From Cycas panzhihuaensis (Eukaryota; Plantae; Cycadophyta), in NCBI GenBank assembly GCA_023213395.1, contig CM041465.1, positions 130,579,741 through 130,643,740 of the forward strand: a DNA stretch of 64,000 bases, read 5' to 3'. This document shows, piece after piece, positions 51,199-64,000 of the stretch. The notes under the pieces were generated by a model. That model was given only the letters and a program-made list of their open reading frames with translations. It made no database searches and was not told the DNA's origin. Made by a program: the position numbers and the translations under genes. How positions within the stretch are numbered: the first letter of the stretch is position 1; every line of letters begins with the position of its first letter.

Positions 51199-53096
51199 GT
51201 GTGATTGAAATTGTTGTGCAAGCTGCCTGATGTATGCATCCATTTTTCTACTCACTTTGCATGTTCAAAATCTAACTTGATTGACTTACCAGTCTTGCAA
51301 CAGCTGGATACGGGACTGCCCTTGGTGTGATCCGTGCTCTACACTCACTGGGATTGTTGGAAACTGCTTTTTGCACAGAAACCCGACCATTCAACCAGGT
51401 AGTGTTGGAAGGATTGCCAGAAAATAAGAAAGCTCTTTTTGGGTTGACTCTGCTTTTGACATTAGAGAAGATATTGCTTGGTTACAAAAATTTCCACACT
51501 TTCTTCATGTTGCTCTTGTCTCCTTTTAATGAGTCTAGTGCCATTTGAAAATGTTCTAGGCACAAGTTCATCTTGCTTTTAGTTGCTGTAAAATATGTTT
51601 CTTGTCATAGCTCTTGTTAATTTGCATGCTTATTTTATGGTGCAGTAGATGTAAAATTCAGAGAGTCACTCTATCTTAGATGTACTTTTTAAAAAAATTT
51701 CATTCACAGGTCTTTTAAGATTTCAAGGAGAGAGGGTTCTTACAGTCCAGAAGTTCCTCTATAGAACATGTCCTAAAACGATTACAGGACAGTTAGAACT
51801 TCACAGAAAAATTATTGACGGAACTAACACTATACCCCTTAAGCAGTTTTCATTGTAGATGCAACAGGGAGATGTATATTGGAATTTCAGGTTTTTTCTT
51901 ATTTGGAGATTTTTTATGTCTTTGAAGCCTCCTACAAACAGCAAGATATACTTCTATTTCAAGCAAATTTGCTGGGGCTTTATGAGCATTGACAAATTCC
52001 AATGAAATCAATGCATTTAACTATTTTATTCCCCACAGTTTTGAAGCATTGAGTTTTATCAACACGATACTATCTGATGAACAAACGTAGGGAAATTTTG
52101 GTTTTAGAGTATAGTGGGGGCCTAGTGGTGGCAGTGTTTGTAAGTTTTTATTAATTGCAGTAGGAATTTTGTTTGTTCTAAATGTTCTATTTGATTGCCT
52201 TATCAGGGATCAAGGCTTACTGCATATGAACTGGTCCACGATCATATACCAGCAGTGCTTATAGCAGATTCTGCAGCTGCTGCATTGCAAGCATCAGGTC
52301 GTGTGGATGCAGTGGTTGTTGGAGCAGATAGAATTGCTGCAAATGGTATGTATGCAAGTAGAAACCTGCAGAAAATTTTGTAATCTTCTTGTTTAGGTAA
52401 TTTCCGTCTAATGCATTATACCCGGATCAACGTAGGGCATTCCATAGACCAGTGAGCTAATGAATCAAATGGCAACACCCTAATCACATATAAAGGCAAA
52501 CTAACTCAATATCATACTGTTTTAGGTGATACAGCAAATAAGATAGGGACATATAATCTAGCATTATCAGCTCACCACCATCGTATACCATTTTATGTTG
52601 CTGCTCCTTTGACTTCATTCGATCTCTCCCTTTCCTCTGGAAAGCAAATCATTATTGAGGAAAGGTCACCAAAGGAATTAACTCACGCTAATGGAGGCCA
52701 AGGGCAACAGGTAGCTCCATCTGGGATTTCTGTTTGGAATCCTGCGTTCGATGTCACTCCAGCAAACCTTATTACAGCCATCATAACTGAAAAGGTGAAC
52801 TATTATGGCTATTCCTTTCATGGTTTGAAACTATATGATTTTTTGTTTACTATTTCTAAGTTCTTCAGTACCATCTTCAGATATCTCAGCCCCTCCTTGT
52901 ATTGAAGGACAAAACAATGCGATGTATCCATTTTGTAAATTGATTGTGTTATTTTGTGTAGGATGTCATTACAAAGAAGTATCCAAGCGGCGGCTTTGAT
53001 GTAGAGGGATTTATAGAGAGTGTATCAATTCCTGCCACGGAGAAGGAAGCTGACAAAAGCAATGATATCTTAGAAAGAAATGCCTATGATCAATAA
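51056..53096 (+). CDS. MRI1: Methylthioribose-1-phosphate isomerase (methionine salvage/Yang cycle), 3' five exons: 51056-51198, 51293-51398, 52207-52345, 52526-52794, 52962-53096; 5' exons not found in the window
   Basis: Spliced frame is open with GT-AG introns and consistent phases; motifs [77 protein letters not shown]; TAA at 53094-53096. Confidence 0.93.
51293..51398 (+). CDS. MRI1: MRI1 exon ([15 protein letters not shown])
   Basis: ttaccag acceptor, GTAGTG donor. Confidence 0.92.
52207..52345 (+). CDS. MRI1: MRI1 exon ([16 protein letters not shown])
   Basis: ttatcag acceptor, GTATGT donor. Confidence 0.92.
52526..52794 (+). CDS. MRI1: MRI1 exon ([13 protein letters not shown])
   Basis: gttttag acceptor, GTGAAC donor. 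Confidence 0.92.
52962..53096 (+). CDS. MRI1: MRI1 last coding exon (DVITKK..FDV..YDQ*)
   Basis: ttgtgtag acceptor; VITK..FD matches the plant MRI1 C-terminus. Confidence 0.85.
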   Translation, partial: DVITKKYPSGGFDVEGFIESVSIPATEKEADKSNDILERNAYDQ

Positions 53097-54245
53097 AAGG
53101 TAAATTTCCTTTGCAATGAGAAATTAGCTCTCGGTTATTGTTGATGTGGAACAAACATCCCAACTTTTCCACTAGTAATTCCTAGTATCCCTGAAGTGGA
53201 AAACGGGTTACCAATCCGCTCTAACATATTTAGAAATTAAATTACTCTAAGTTTGAAGGGTCTTAATGGACTATGTTTGATTTGCAATGTGTAATGTAGG
53301 TTGAATTTGAATGTATCATTTGTCGTTATGTGTGTTGATCTATTTATTAAGGGTTTATTTAGCCCTTGTAGAAATTGACATTAAAATATTTCTATACAAA
53401 TATGTATTCTTTGTGAGTGAAATCATTTGAGAAATTTTCTCTATTATTAAATGCATTAAATTGCATCAAAAGTGGGCGAGAACTACTTGTTGCATTATTA
53501 ATAAAATCTTTTTCAAAATGTGTACTTTTCTTTCTTTAGGATGCACTAATTTTTTCTAACACATACATTACAAATACATTAAATTATTTATTCAATATGC
53601 ATTCAATTGCCCATTTAAAAATTCTTTTTGCTATACTCATAATATTAATGCCATGGAAAGGATTTTAAATAAAATAAACATGAAAAATGTGGTTCCCTTG
53701 ATTTTAATGTAACTACTAACACAAATGATTTAATATAAATGTTAATGATTAATAAAAATGCAACATCTAGGATTTCACACTATAGTTGCTCTTTTTAGTT
53801 CGATATTGTTGTAGTATTTTTGAATTTCAAAGTAGAGATCCAATTAGAATGCCCTTGACTTTTTAATTAGGATTCCACAGTATAGTGCAATCTTATCTTT
53901 TTTAGCTCAATGCAATATTCTTCAATCGAGTGACTAAATGCACCTTCTTCACCACAAAAGCCATAACTTATTTTATTAAAATAAACAATTTTTTTTTGGT
54001 CCTTTAATAAAAACAAATTTCACTTAGTATGAGCAAAAGAGAAACTTAACACTAAGGTGTGCTTGATATGATTTAGACTTTGACCTTGTTTGTTTAAAAT
54101 CAAATGCCCTTTCCTTTAGTTATTAAGTCAAGTATGCCTTTCATTGAAATACCCCCCAAATGTCTTTTATACATGAATATCACTTATGCAAAAATTTTAT
54201 GAGAAGAAAGGTAAGAACTAGTTAAAAGGAAATAGATTCAATATT

Positions 54246-54307
54246 GGGATCAACTAGGTTAGAACCTACAACCTCCCTTTCTAAAGACTTTAACCATCTT
54301 AACTTGC
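54246..54307 (-). other. Possible degenerate tRNA-derived (SINE-head-like) fragment
   Basis: Minus strand AAGTTAAGATGGTTAAAG..GGAGGTTGTAGGTTCTAACCT resembles A box, variable loop and B box; no tail or TSD found. Confidence 0.25.
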
Positions 54308-55949
54308 ATTAAAATGTTGGTTGAATTCAGAAAGAATTTATGTTTTCATTCTATCTTCCTCTTCTTCTTTTTTTGCCCTTGCAAGTTTCTGCAACTTTTT
54401 TTATCATTCACAAAGCACGACGACATTGAGATAACAATAGAAACAAGATCAAGATTTTTCTAGTTGTGTAGTCAAGAAATGATACCCCCTAGTAAGAAAT
54501 ATTAGATGTACAAAGGGGAGATGGTATAAAATTTAGCAAAAAGAATGGGGAGAGATGACATAGATTTCAAATATGCATGAGTTTAAAATCAGAATGAGAT
54601 ATCCTCAAGCAATAAACACCAAGTTGTGCAATATTTAGATCAGAAGAGGGGTCAAGCTCAAGTTAGAGAATTTCAAAAACTCGGGTTTGAAAACATTAAA
54701 AAGCAATGAACCCAAGAAATTGAATCCCACAAGCTAAAAAAGAAACACCTTAGTCACACTAAGGAAATGAAATATTGACATGAAAACAAATGTTGAGGAT
54801 TTTATTATCTTGTATTGATGGGTGAACAATAAAGGATCTACTTGTGTAGGCAAAAAAGGTGATTACAAGCACAAAGGCTAAATGATAATGAGATCTAATC
54901 CAAAGATGACCTTTTCATTTGTTGTTGAAGAGTTGTCAAAGGAATAGTAGAAACAAGGGTCTTAGTTCTAAATATGCATAATGGGGGCTTTACTATTACC
55001 TAAAAATGCTAATCTTTTCAAGTCTAAGAAATCTTATAAAACAAAACTATATGAGAAGGGTCTCAGGGCCTTGGATGGCATACTTAAATAAATAAGTAAA
55101 TAACTTCTAGATCATGGAGAGACGTTTGTGATGAAGGGGTTGCTATTAAATTGCATGGATTAAAAGGCAAAAGCTTATGAATTGGTGCATTGAGGTTTAA
55201 AGAATGAGTTGAAGAGCCATGTGTTGGCATGCTTATGATCTTTTCTATTGCTTGGATTGGGAGTACAAAGAAGTAATAAAATGCTTTGAAGATTGATCTA
55301 GAAGATATTGAAATTCTACATGATCATTCTCTTCTACAAGTACAAATGCAAGACTTGGTAAGATTCATAGAAACAAGGCAAAATTCGTTAACTCTAACAA
55401 CCAATCATTGAATGAATTGGATTAAATTTGTAGTTATAGTTGTGCATCACTTTAACTGCAATCTTGGGAAAATTACAAAGATCTTGGAAGTGTTTGAGGT
55501 TACACTAGAAGAGGATCCTCTCAAAAATGAACACTAAGAACACACTAAAATGCTCCTATATGAGATCTCTTCTTAAGGAATTTGAAGCTCCAAAAGGATT
55601 GTTAGAGGAGCTAAATAAGAAAGCAACCAAAATAGTTAACAAAGTCGTATTTAAGGAACAACTTGTTGGTCTATTAGTAAAGCTTGGTCATTTCATTCTT
55701 CTCCTAAGATGCTCCTATGCATAGGTTGAAAGTTCAAAGGCATGAGAACAAGGCAGATGAGAGTTGAGGGATTGTGTAGGTAGCTTAAGTGCAAGAGTTA
55801 AAATGGGTTTAAGAGGTTGCCAACCTATCATTGCATCATAGTACCTAGCAATGATTCAAGATATGTGGTTCAATCATAGGAATGAAATAAACATAGTCTA
55901 ACTGAGGTATACACAGTTGCCCCATAGGATAAAGTATAGATAGTCTCAA

Positions 55950-58900
55950 TGTTAGAGTGGCTAAGTGTTAATCACATGGTTAATGTAAATGTGATTTAAT
56001 TAGTAAGTTTATTAGTTAAATGGCCAGAATTAACAAAGACTCACATCTTTATAAATGGGCATACCGTATGGTTTTGTATATATACCAAGCCTTAGGTTGG
56101 ATGTATTATCTCATTGTGGTGTAATCAATGTAACAATTGATTTTGTTCAATGGGTTTTTCTTTCAAAAGGGCTTTTCCATGTATACTACTCTTTGTTGTT
56201 TGATCGTTGTGACGTATGTTGTTAGAGTATCCTAGCCCCCTCTTAGGTGTTTCCAAACCCGATTCTCCAATTCATGGGTAGGTGAACGTGGACTTATTCC
56301 TGAACCTTCTTAAGGCAGTGACTCCCTCTCCACTAACACCTTGAGATTTTGGTGTGATGGTAAATGCTAAGTGGTATCAAAACGGGGGTCCATGGTTCGA
56401 GTCACTTTGAGTTCGATTTATGGGTGGGTGTTGAAGTATCCTAGCCCCCTCTTAGGTGTTTCCAAACTCGACTCTCCAATTCATGGGTGGGTGAATGTGG
56501 ACTTATTCCTGGGCCTTCTTAATGCAGTGGCTCCCTCTCCACTAACACCTCGAGGTTTTGGTATGATGGTAAATGCTAATATATATTAAGAATCTGGAGG
56601 TGTGTTGTGCATATTAAACCATTCGCTATTTTAATATGATATTAGAGCTTGAAGGGAGTACATAACTGAGGTACTAAGTTGAGAGAAGCTTGCGAAGTTG
56701 CCTTCTAATTGAGGTAAGAGTCCTATTTTGGGGATTTTAATTGCTTTTATAATTGAAAAATAATGTATTGGAGGTTTTGGGTATTGAGTAGGTGAAAAAC
56801 ACCTATCCATAGTGAGTTTTGGCACCTACATGAAGTGATAAGCATTTTGGGCTCTGTTTGGAGTGTGTTGGGCTAGTTTTGAGGCTTTTCAACATTGGTT
56901 GAGTGTGTTGGGCTTTGTTTGGACTATATTGGGCTCGTATTGAAGTAGTGTAGAGCTAGTTGGACACATTGGGCACTTCCTATAGCCATTGGGCACAAGT
57001 TTGGGGCCATCAAGCATCATTGGGCACATATTTTGATCGAAACACGATTGTTGGAAGGCATTAGGCACTTATTTTGTAAACCCATTATTAGTTTGAGTCC
57101 ATATCTGGGTTTGTGATCATTTTGATACGTGTTTAAAGGTTTTCCAAGCCCAAAAAGAAGTTTGAGAGGGATATAAAAGTTGTTTTCAATCATACAAGGA
57201 GTCAATTTGGGGTTCGAACTCATGAAGGAATTGCGATGAATTGGTAATTGCTAAAAATCACCTTTTTCTTAGTAGAGAAGTCGTATGGCATACGTACCAC
57301 AATGTTAAAGTAGGTTGAATTAGATTTGGGTCAGTTGGGGTGTTTGAATCTTTTGTTATGTGTGGAAGGTTGTTAACCAAGTAGTAGATTTGGAGCAACA
57401 GTAGCTCACGGAAAGGTTGCAACTATGTTTTATCGATTTCTATGTTGTCGCAAGTGGTGACGAACCCCAAGAAATGACAACAACAGTTGGGTGAATATGC
57501 CTTTTGGCATATTCCAAATCATTTTGAATTTAAATAAAAGGTGGAAAGCTTCATTTTTTAAATCATTCCTTGTATTTTACTTATCATTTCATTGATTTTT
57601 GAAGTGATTTACAGATTTTTTTCAGAGGAAGTAAATTTTGTGTGAAGTATTTCATTTAGACTTGCCATTTTAAAGCCCATACTATTGTTTCTTTAATCAC
57701 TTTTTGTCGTTTAAAGTTATTTTAGAGGATTTGTTGATGTATTTGTAGCCCATTTATGGTGGCTGTAAAAATACTAAGCTCTAAGCATGTGCAAGTGTGG
57801 TAATGGTGAAGATATACATTTAAAACCATTAAAATATTGTATTTTTTTACGAATTATTAGTGAACGAAGGTTGAACAGTGTGTAGGGTGTTGCTCAGTTG
57901 ACTAAATGTCAAGTAGTTTGATGTAAAAGACTCATTTGTAAGTTTGTTTCGCAAAATGGAGAAGATGTTGCCCCAAGTTATCTTCAATAGGAACAACTTC
58001 AGTGAGTGGAAGTCAAATGTAGAGTTGGTGTTGACGGTGAATTAACTATGGATGATCAACAAAGACAAATTGTTGGTCATTCAATTGGATGAAAAGGAGA
58101 GAACTCATCTGAAAGAGAAGCATCTCAAAAGAAGAAAAAGTTTGTTGGAAATATAACTACTACCAGAAGGATGGCCACAGGGAGGAAATTATTAGTTTAA
58201 AAACTAGGAGAAATGCAAAGCAAACCAGGATAATAAAGAGAAGGGTATTACGACTTATTGTACAAAAGTGTCATTCTTGTTAGTTGAATCGAATTAGAGA
58301 GACTATTAAATTTTGGACTCAAGTACATAAAGACACATATCTCTTCAGAAATAGAACTTTGATGCACGGGATGCTAATCCTAATGATGCAAAAATCATTC
58401 TTGGAGATGTGAGCATGGTGCTTGTTAAGGGTGTTGGCACCATTTCACTTGCAAGTAGCAAATTCAAGAGAGTGTGCTACGTACCTAAGATGAAAAAGAA
58501 TCTTCTATTAGCTTGGGAGATATACAAATAGGATATGAAGTTTGAGGTATTTAAAGATGAATGCTTAATTAAGAATACAAAGTAGAATTTCTTTGTCATT
58601 ATTACCAGAAAAGTAAAATGATTTTTTAGGTGTTAAAGAAATTTGAAGCTTAAAATCAAACTTATATTTTTATTGCTAGCACAAATCATATGAGCAAACT
58701 ATGGTATGAACACCTTGGTCACTTTAATTACAAAAGCATTTCACTTATGAATCATTTGAAAATAGTAGAAGAATTACCTCATATTTCTTATTCAAGGGGT
58801 GTATATGAAGGATATAGATATGAAAAGTATCATCATTATCCTTTTGCTTGGGATTATGCCTAGAGAGCTAAGGAGAAGATATAGCTCGTACATACTAATT

Positions 58901-61813
58901 TGATGGGTCCGCTCTCAAACTCTTCTATATCTAGAGCTCATTATAATTTGGTGTTTATAGATAACTATGTCAAGAAGGCCTGGGTATATTTCTTGTAGAG
59001 TAAGTCTAAAGTGTTTATCTACTTTTAAGAATAGAAGACATATGTCAAGAACAAGTGTAATAAGAAAATTATCATTTTGAGGAGTGATAATAGCAAAGAG
59101 CACAATGATTATGACTTTAATTAATTATACTTGGATCATGGTATTAAATAAGAACTAGCTATTCTATACACTACACAACAAAACGATATTATTAAGAGAA
59201 AAACCTATAACTTGATAGAAATGGCAAGGTGTATGGTGCATGCGAAAAACTTGTCATTTATGTTTTGAGTAGAACTTGTTGGGATTGTCATTTATATCCT
59301 AAATAGGATACCAATAAAAGTAGTTTGTGGCATAACCCCTGACAAAAAATGGGTCAGTCATAAACTCGCCATCAACCATTTAAAAACCTTTGGCTGCATT
59401 GTATATGCACACATTCGAGATGAAGATCGCAAAAAGTTGGATTACAATAATTAAAAATTTATATTTATGGTATATTTAAATCAAAATAAAGCTTATAGGT
59501 TGTGGAATCCACAGGAAAGAAAATTTGTGATTAGTCAAGATGAAAAGTTTGATGAGCCTATATAAAATATTGAAAATACATTATCTAAAAAAATATTTCA
59601 TCCCCCACTACTTCCATTTCTATTGGTGCTTCATGAGCAATAGAGGTTGAGGGACTAGGTATTGTGATTCAAAGGAAAGAAGGACCGAGTATAAAAGGTG
59701 ATAATGAGGAGTTGCGACATGATGAGACACTAGTAATACAGGGTGCTTCAATGTCATTGTGAGCCAGTAGGACCATTGAGGATTCAGGTGTGACATTATA
59801 GAATCTTATAGATGGATGAAGAATAAGGAGTCAGCATGCTAATTAGACTTTGATGGTTAACACCATTAACTCCCATGACCCTACTTCATATGATAAAACA
59901 AAAGATGATCCTCATTATGGAGGAGGAATTTGGTTCTCTAATAATAAATACCACATGGGAATTGGTCCCATTACCTCCTAAGAAAAACATTGTTAGTTAT
60001 AAGTAGGTCTATAAGACCAAGTTCCACTTTGATGGAGAGGTGGATAAGTATAAGGCGAGACTTGTTGCATAGGGGTTTAAGCACAAAGAAGGGGTTGATT
60101 ATGAGGAGACATTTGCACCAGTCTCTAAGATAATAATGGCATATTTGAGTTTTTCATTAGCAACAAAATATAGTTGGGAATTATACTAAATAGATGTGAA
60201 ATTAATATTCCTTAATGGAGAGTTGAAAAAAGAGATTTACACGGTGCAACCTCTTAGTTTCATTAAAGACTGACATGAGCATCTTGTGTGTCATTTGAAA
60301 AACTCACTCTATGGTTTGAAGTAAGCACCACCTATTTGGTATGTTAAGATTGATACCGGATTGAAAGAAAAGGGATTTATTACCACAGATCTAGAGCCAA
60401 ATTTGTATATTCAAAGGAAAAGAAATTAAATAGTAATTACTGCATTGTACATTGATGATTTATTCATTACTGGCAATTATAGCATGACTATTATGGAAAT
60501 AAAATCTAATTTAGGAGCAACATTTAACATGATAGATCTTAGGACTCTGCACTACTTCTTGGGTGTTAAGGTAAGGTAAATGGAAGACAAAATTTTTGTG
60601 GCGTAAATAAAATATTTGAATAGCCTGCTTGATAAGTTTGTTAAAATATTGCCTGCCAAAGACACCAAGATGTTGAAGGATATGAAGAAGCATATAATGG
60701 ATGGAATGTTGTACAGACAACTAATAGGGAATCTCATCTACTTAAGTCATACTAGGCCAAAGATTATGTACATTATTAGGTTGATTTCTCACTACATGCA
60801 GAATCCCCAAGAACTATACTAGTTTGCTACAAAGAGGATTCTGAGGTATGTCAAGGGGACTTTACATGTTGGTTTGGTATACCTTTGGTATGGAGAGACA
60901 TAATTAGTTGGATATACTAATGTTGATTGGGGTAGAGACGTCGATGACCATAAGTCCACTGTTGGATACATTTTTAGTATTGAAAATGGGCTTATTTCAT
61001 GGGAATCTAAGAAACAACAAACATTAGTATTATCTTCCACTGAGACTAAGGATCAAGGTTTATCTGTTGGTGTGAGGGAAGTTGCATGGTTATAATGACT
61101 ACTTGATGTTCTAGTAATATAGAGTGACACAGTAGGTATACTAATAGATAATAAGAGTACCATTCATTTATCAGAGAATCTAGAGTCCCATGCCTATATG
61201 AAACATATTAAGATTAAATACTATTATATTCATTATCAAATTTAGGCAAAGAAGTTGTAGATCAAGTATTGTCTTAGCAAAGATCAACTTGTAAGTGTAT
61301 TTACAAAGGTGTTTACTGAAGACCAATTCACAAAGCTTCAAACCAAGTTGGGACTCGGTAAAGTTATCCTTAAGGGGGTGATGTATCAACAAAGATAATT
61401 CCTATCTTCATCTAAAGATTTCTATCTAAAATCTAATTCTCCACATTGTTATTAAGGGGGGGTGTTAGACTGTCTAAGTATTAACCACAAAGTTAATATA
61501 AATGTGGTTTAACTAATGAGTTGATTAGTTGTATGGCCATAATTAATGAAGAGTTGCATCTATATAGATGGATGTACCATATAGATTTGTATATATACCA
61601 AACCCTACATTAGATGTCTCATCTCATTGTGGTGTAATCAACGTAATGATTAATTTGGTTCAATGTTTTTTCTTTTTTCTTTTTTCTTTTTTTTTTTTCT
61701 GAAAGGGCTTTCCCACCTATATCTAGTGTACTATTCTTTATTATTTGATGCTTGTTGTGTATGTTAAAGATTTAGATATGTGTTGTGCGTATAAAGCATT
61801 TGCAATCTTAACA
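55950..61813 (+). mobile_element. Old full-length Ty1/copia element M
   Basis: LTRs 55950-56636 (with TRIM insertion) and 61463-61813; TSD CTCAA/CTTAA; degenerate PBS TGATATTAGAGC at 56637; PPT AAGGGGGGG; decayed gag (~57956), PR, INT, RT (LYRQLIGNLIYL), RNase H. Confidence 0.9.
56220..56581 (+). mobile_element. TRIM (terminal-repeat retrotransposon in miniature) inside the 5' LTR of M
   Basis: ~152-bp LTRs 56220-56370 and 56429-56581; 58-bp internal part with PBS TGGTATCAAAAC (56372) and PPT TGGGTGGG; TSD TATGT/TATAT; absent from the 3' LTR of M. Confidence 0.93.
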
Positions 61814-61997
61814 CTTAAAAGGAGAAATGAACATTACAATTATGTTGATTCATTGTTCATTAATATCATTATTTCTAAAAAAGAGAGAGGAAATTAACTC
61901 ACTTGTGATGCATTATTATTAATGATGTGATTTCCCATAGTATTCTCACATACTAGGTGCCCGGTGTCCTCATTTTCTATGTCTTCATCCATGAACT

Positions 61998-64000
61998 TGT
62001 TAGAAAATAATATTTAACCCATGGTTAATATGTGAATATTATAATTATTTAATTAGTTATCCCTCAAATCTTTTGCATTACTATCTTAAAGAGTTATAAG
62101 CTTGTGAATATTCTTAATAGGTGAGCATCATTAAAATGCATGTTAAAGCTCATATCTTTACGTATTCTCAAAGGTTGCGTTAAAAGTTCTCTAATCTTAT
62201 TAGACCTCTACGAGGTGACTTCTATATATGTGTGTGTGTACCTATTTTAATGCAATAGATAAGAATTGATCATTCTCCTAATTTTTACCGCATTGTAAAT
62301 TGGTGCATATTTCATCTTTCTTTATTATGGTATCATAATATCTTTGTAATATTTATAACATGATATATGAGTGCTTATGTAATTTTATAATGTGATATCA
62401 ATGCTTATGGTTGAATTCTAAGAGTTCATTATTGGATCTTTAGTGCCTATGGTTTGATCATAAGAGCTAATGGTTTAAGTTTTATTAGAGTTCTATTTTT
62501 AAGCATGGCAAGCCTCATATTTGGATTACATGTTGCAAAGTGGTAAGCATAATGATTGGTTATTTTTTATAATTTGTTGATGATTTCTAATTATAAGGAT
62601 GTCATAATTGAATCATGGATTAGTTTGATTGATTGTTGGACACCATAAATTTCTTGGTAGCAACAAACAGAGGTATGCATAAATACGTTGCCATGATAAT
62701 TTTGGTCGTTGTACCTAATAGTTGAAGAAATCTTACAAACTAAGTATTTTACAAATACATTATTTGTGTTTATTTGGAGGTGTTTCAATGAAATTTGTTT
62801 CCAAATGTTATTTGCCTAATATGGTGATTGATTATGGATAAAGATGAGTTGTATTCTTGGAGGTTAGTTGTTAAGATCTCAAATTTACAATAAGATTGTT
62901 CTTGTAATTAATTTAGTGGACTAATATTTATGCATGTGGTTCATCCATATTAAGCATGCAAGAGCTTTAAAATTAGGTCTATAAACTTAATTATTTCTAA
63001 TATATTTTTGTTGAGGGTGTAAAGGGTAAATGAGTGGATAAACTTTTGCATAGTATAGAGGGGGTTAAATTAAGCATGAAATGAGGTCACAATGACTTAT
63101 TGTTAAATATGAGTACTCCACGTCAGTTAAGAAGTAGGTATTATTAGTTTGTATAAAAAGATCACATATGCAGGTTTGATCACCTTGTAATGGCGATGAC
63201 TTATGGACAAATGTTGTATAGCTTACTAAATGAAGCCTATAAAATAGACTCAAAGATAACCATGAGGAAGAACGTTTTTGAGATGATTATGAAAACTGAA
63301 ATGACTCTAAATTGAGTTGATAATTCAAGAAAGTTGAACATTTGGGGAGAATTACAATAGTTAAAACAGTGAGAGTGGGCCATGGAAGGATGTTGGTAAG
63401 TCAATGAAGCACAATCCCTAAAATCCTAACAATATGAAATTTTTTAACAAATGTCCATGATCATTATGATTATAGAGTGCTAAGAGAAGCATTTGTAATG
63501 ATGACTGCTCAAAAAGAAAAAATGGAGATATTAAAGGCACAAGGAAGTTTGTGGGAATAAGAATGGCCAAGACAATATAAATCTCACTCATGAAAGGATT
63601 GTATAACCCGTGGAGTAGAATAGGCCAAAGGTTTAAAGAATGCATGCTTAAAACAAAATACAAATTTAATAATACCTAAATTCAGAATTTGTAGTAAAGT
63701 GAAAAGGAAAAATCGGTGACCATCAGGTCATGCTAGGTAGTTGAGCAATGGAGAGATGACTAAGAATATTAGAGAAGCACCTATGAACAACACATCATAA
63801 TCTGTAGTAGAAGTATGGATGTGGATCATAGAGAACATATGTTACTAGCATCATAGCGAAGAGATGCAAATAGAGGAGAGTTGTAAGTGATAAAAAGTCG
63901 ACAAGTGTATGTAGTGAGCTACATAGACCAAATGATCACAAATGCAAATCGAAAACTTCAAAATATAACTAAACATTGATATCTTGTTTCAAAATAAGGA
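61998..64000 (+). mobile_element. Probable old LTR element N (LTR ~61998-62360, decayed internal region, runs off the window)
   Basis: TGTTAG..TAACA followed by degenerate PBS-like TGATATATGAGTG; purine-rich decayed gag-like sequence at 63000-64000; no partner LTR in the window. Confidence 0.5.

Noticed and set aside
50945-52905. Four separate small genes from the ORF track
   Set aside because: They are MRI1 exons read through into introns.
56220-56581. Cassandra TRIM
   Set aside because: No recognisable 5S rRNA segment in the LTRs.

Overview
AT-rich land-plant nuclear DNA; the species cannot be determined from the sequence. About 85% of the window is a nest of LTR retrotransposons. I resolve about 15 insertions using LTR pairs, PBS/PPT and 5-bp TSDs: nine decayed Ty1/copia copies, one near-complete Ty3/gypsy chromovirus (27523-34073), four non-autonomous LTR elements and a 362-bp TRIM, nested up to three deep, with several deletion/filler junctions. 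The only host gene is the 3' part (five exons, 51056-53096, +) of methylthioribose-1-phosphate isomerase (MRI1/MTI1); its N-terminal exons were not found in the window. Most notable: (1) a young non-autonomous gypsy element (17366-22106) with a tRNA-Glu PBS whose LTRs also carry boxes complementary to the D-arm and anticodon arm of the same tRNA, a candidate multipartite primer-binding system. It encodes zinc knuckles, a protease and an integrase GPY/F tail but no RT, RNase H or integrase core. (2) A TRIM whose LTR/internal junction assembles a tRNA-like A-box plus B-box (candidate split Pol III promoter). (3) An element whose LTR is flanked by both a PPT and a PBS. All alignments were done by eye and tRNA sequences were recalled from memory.
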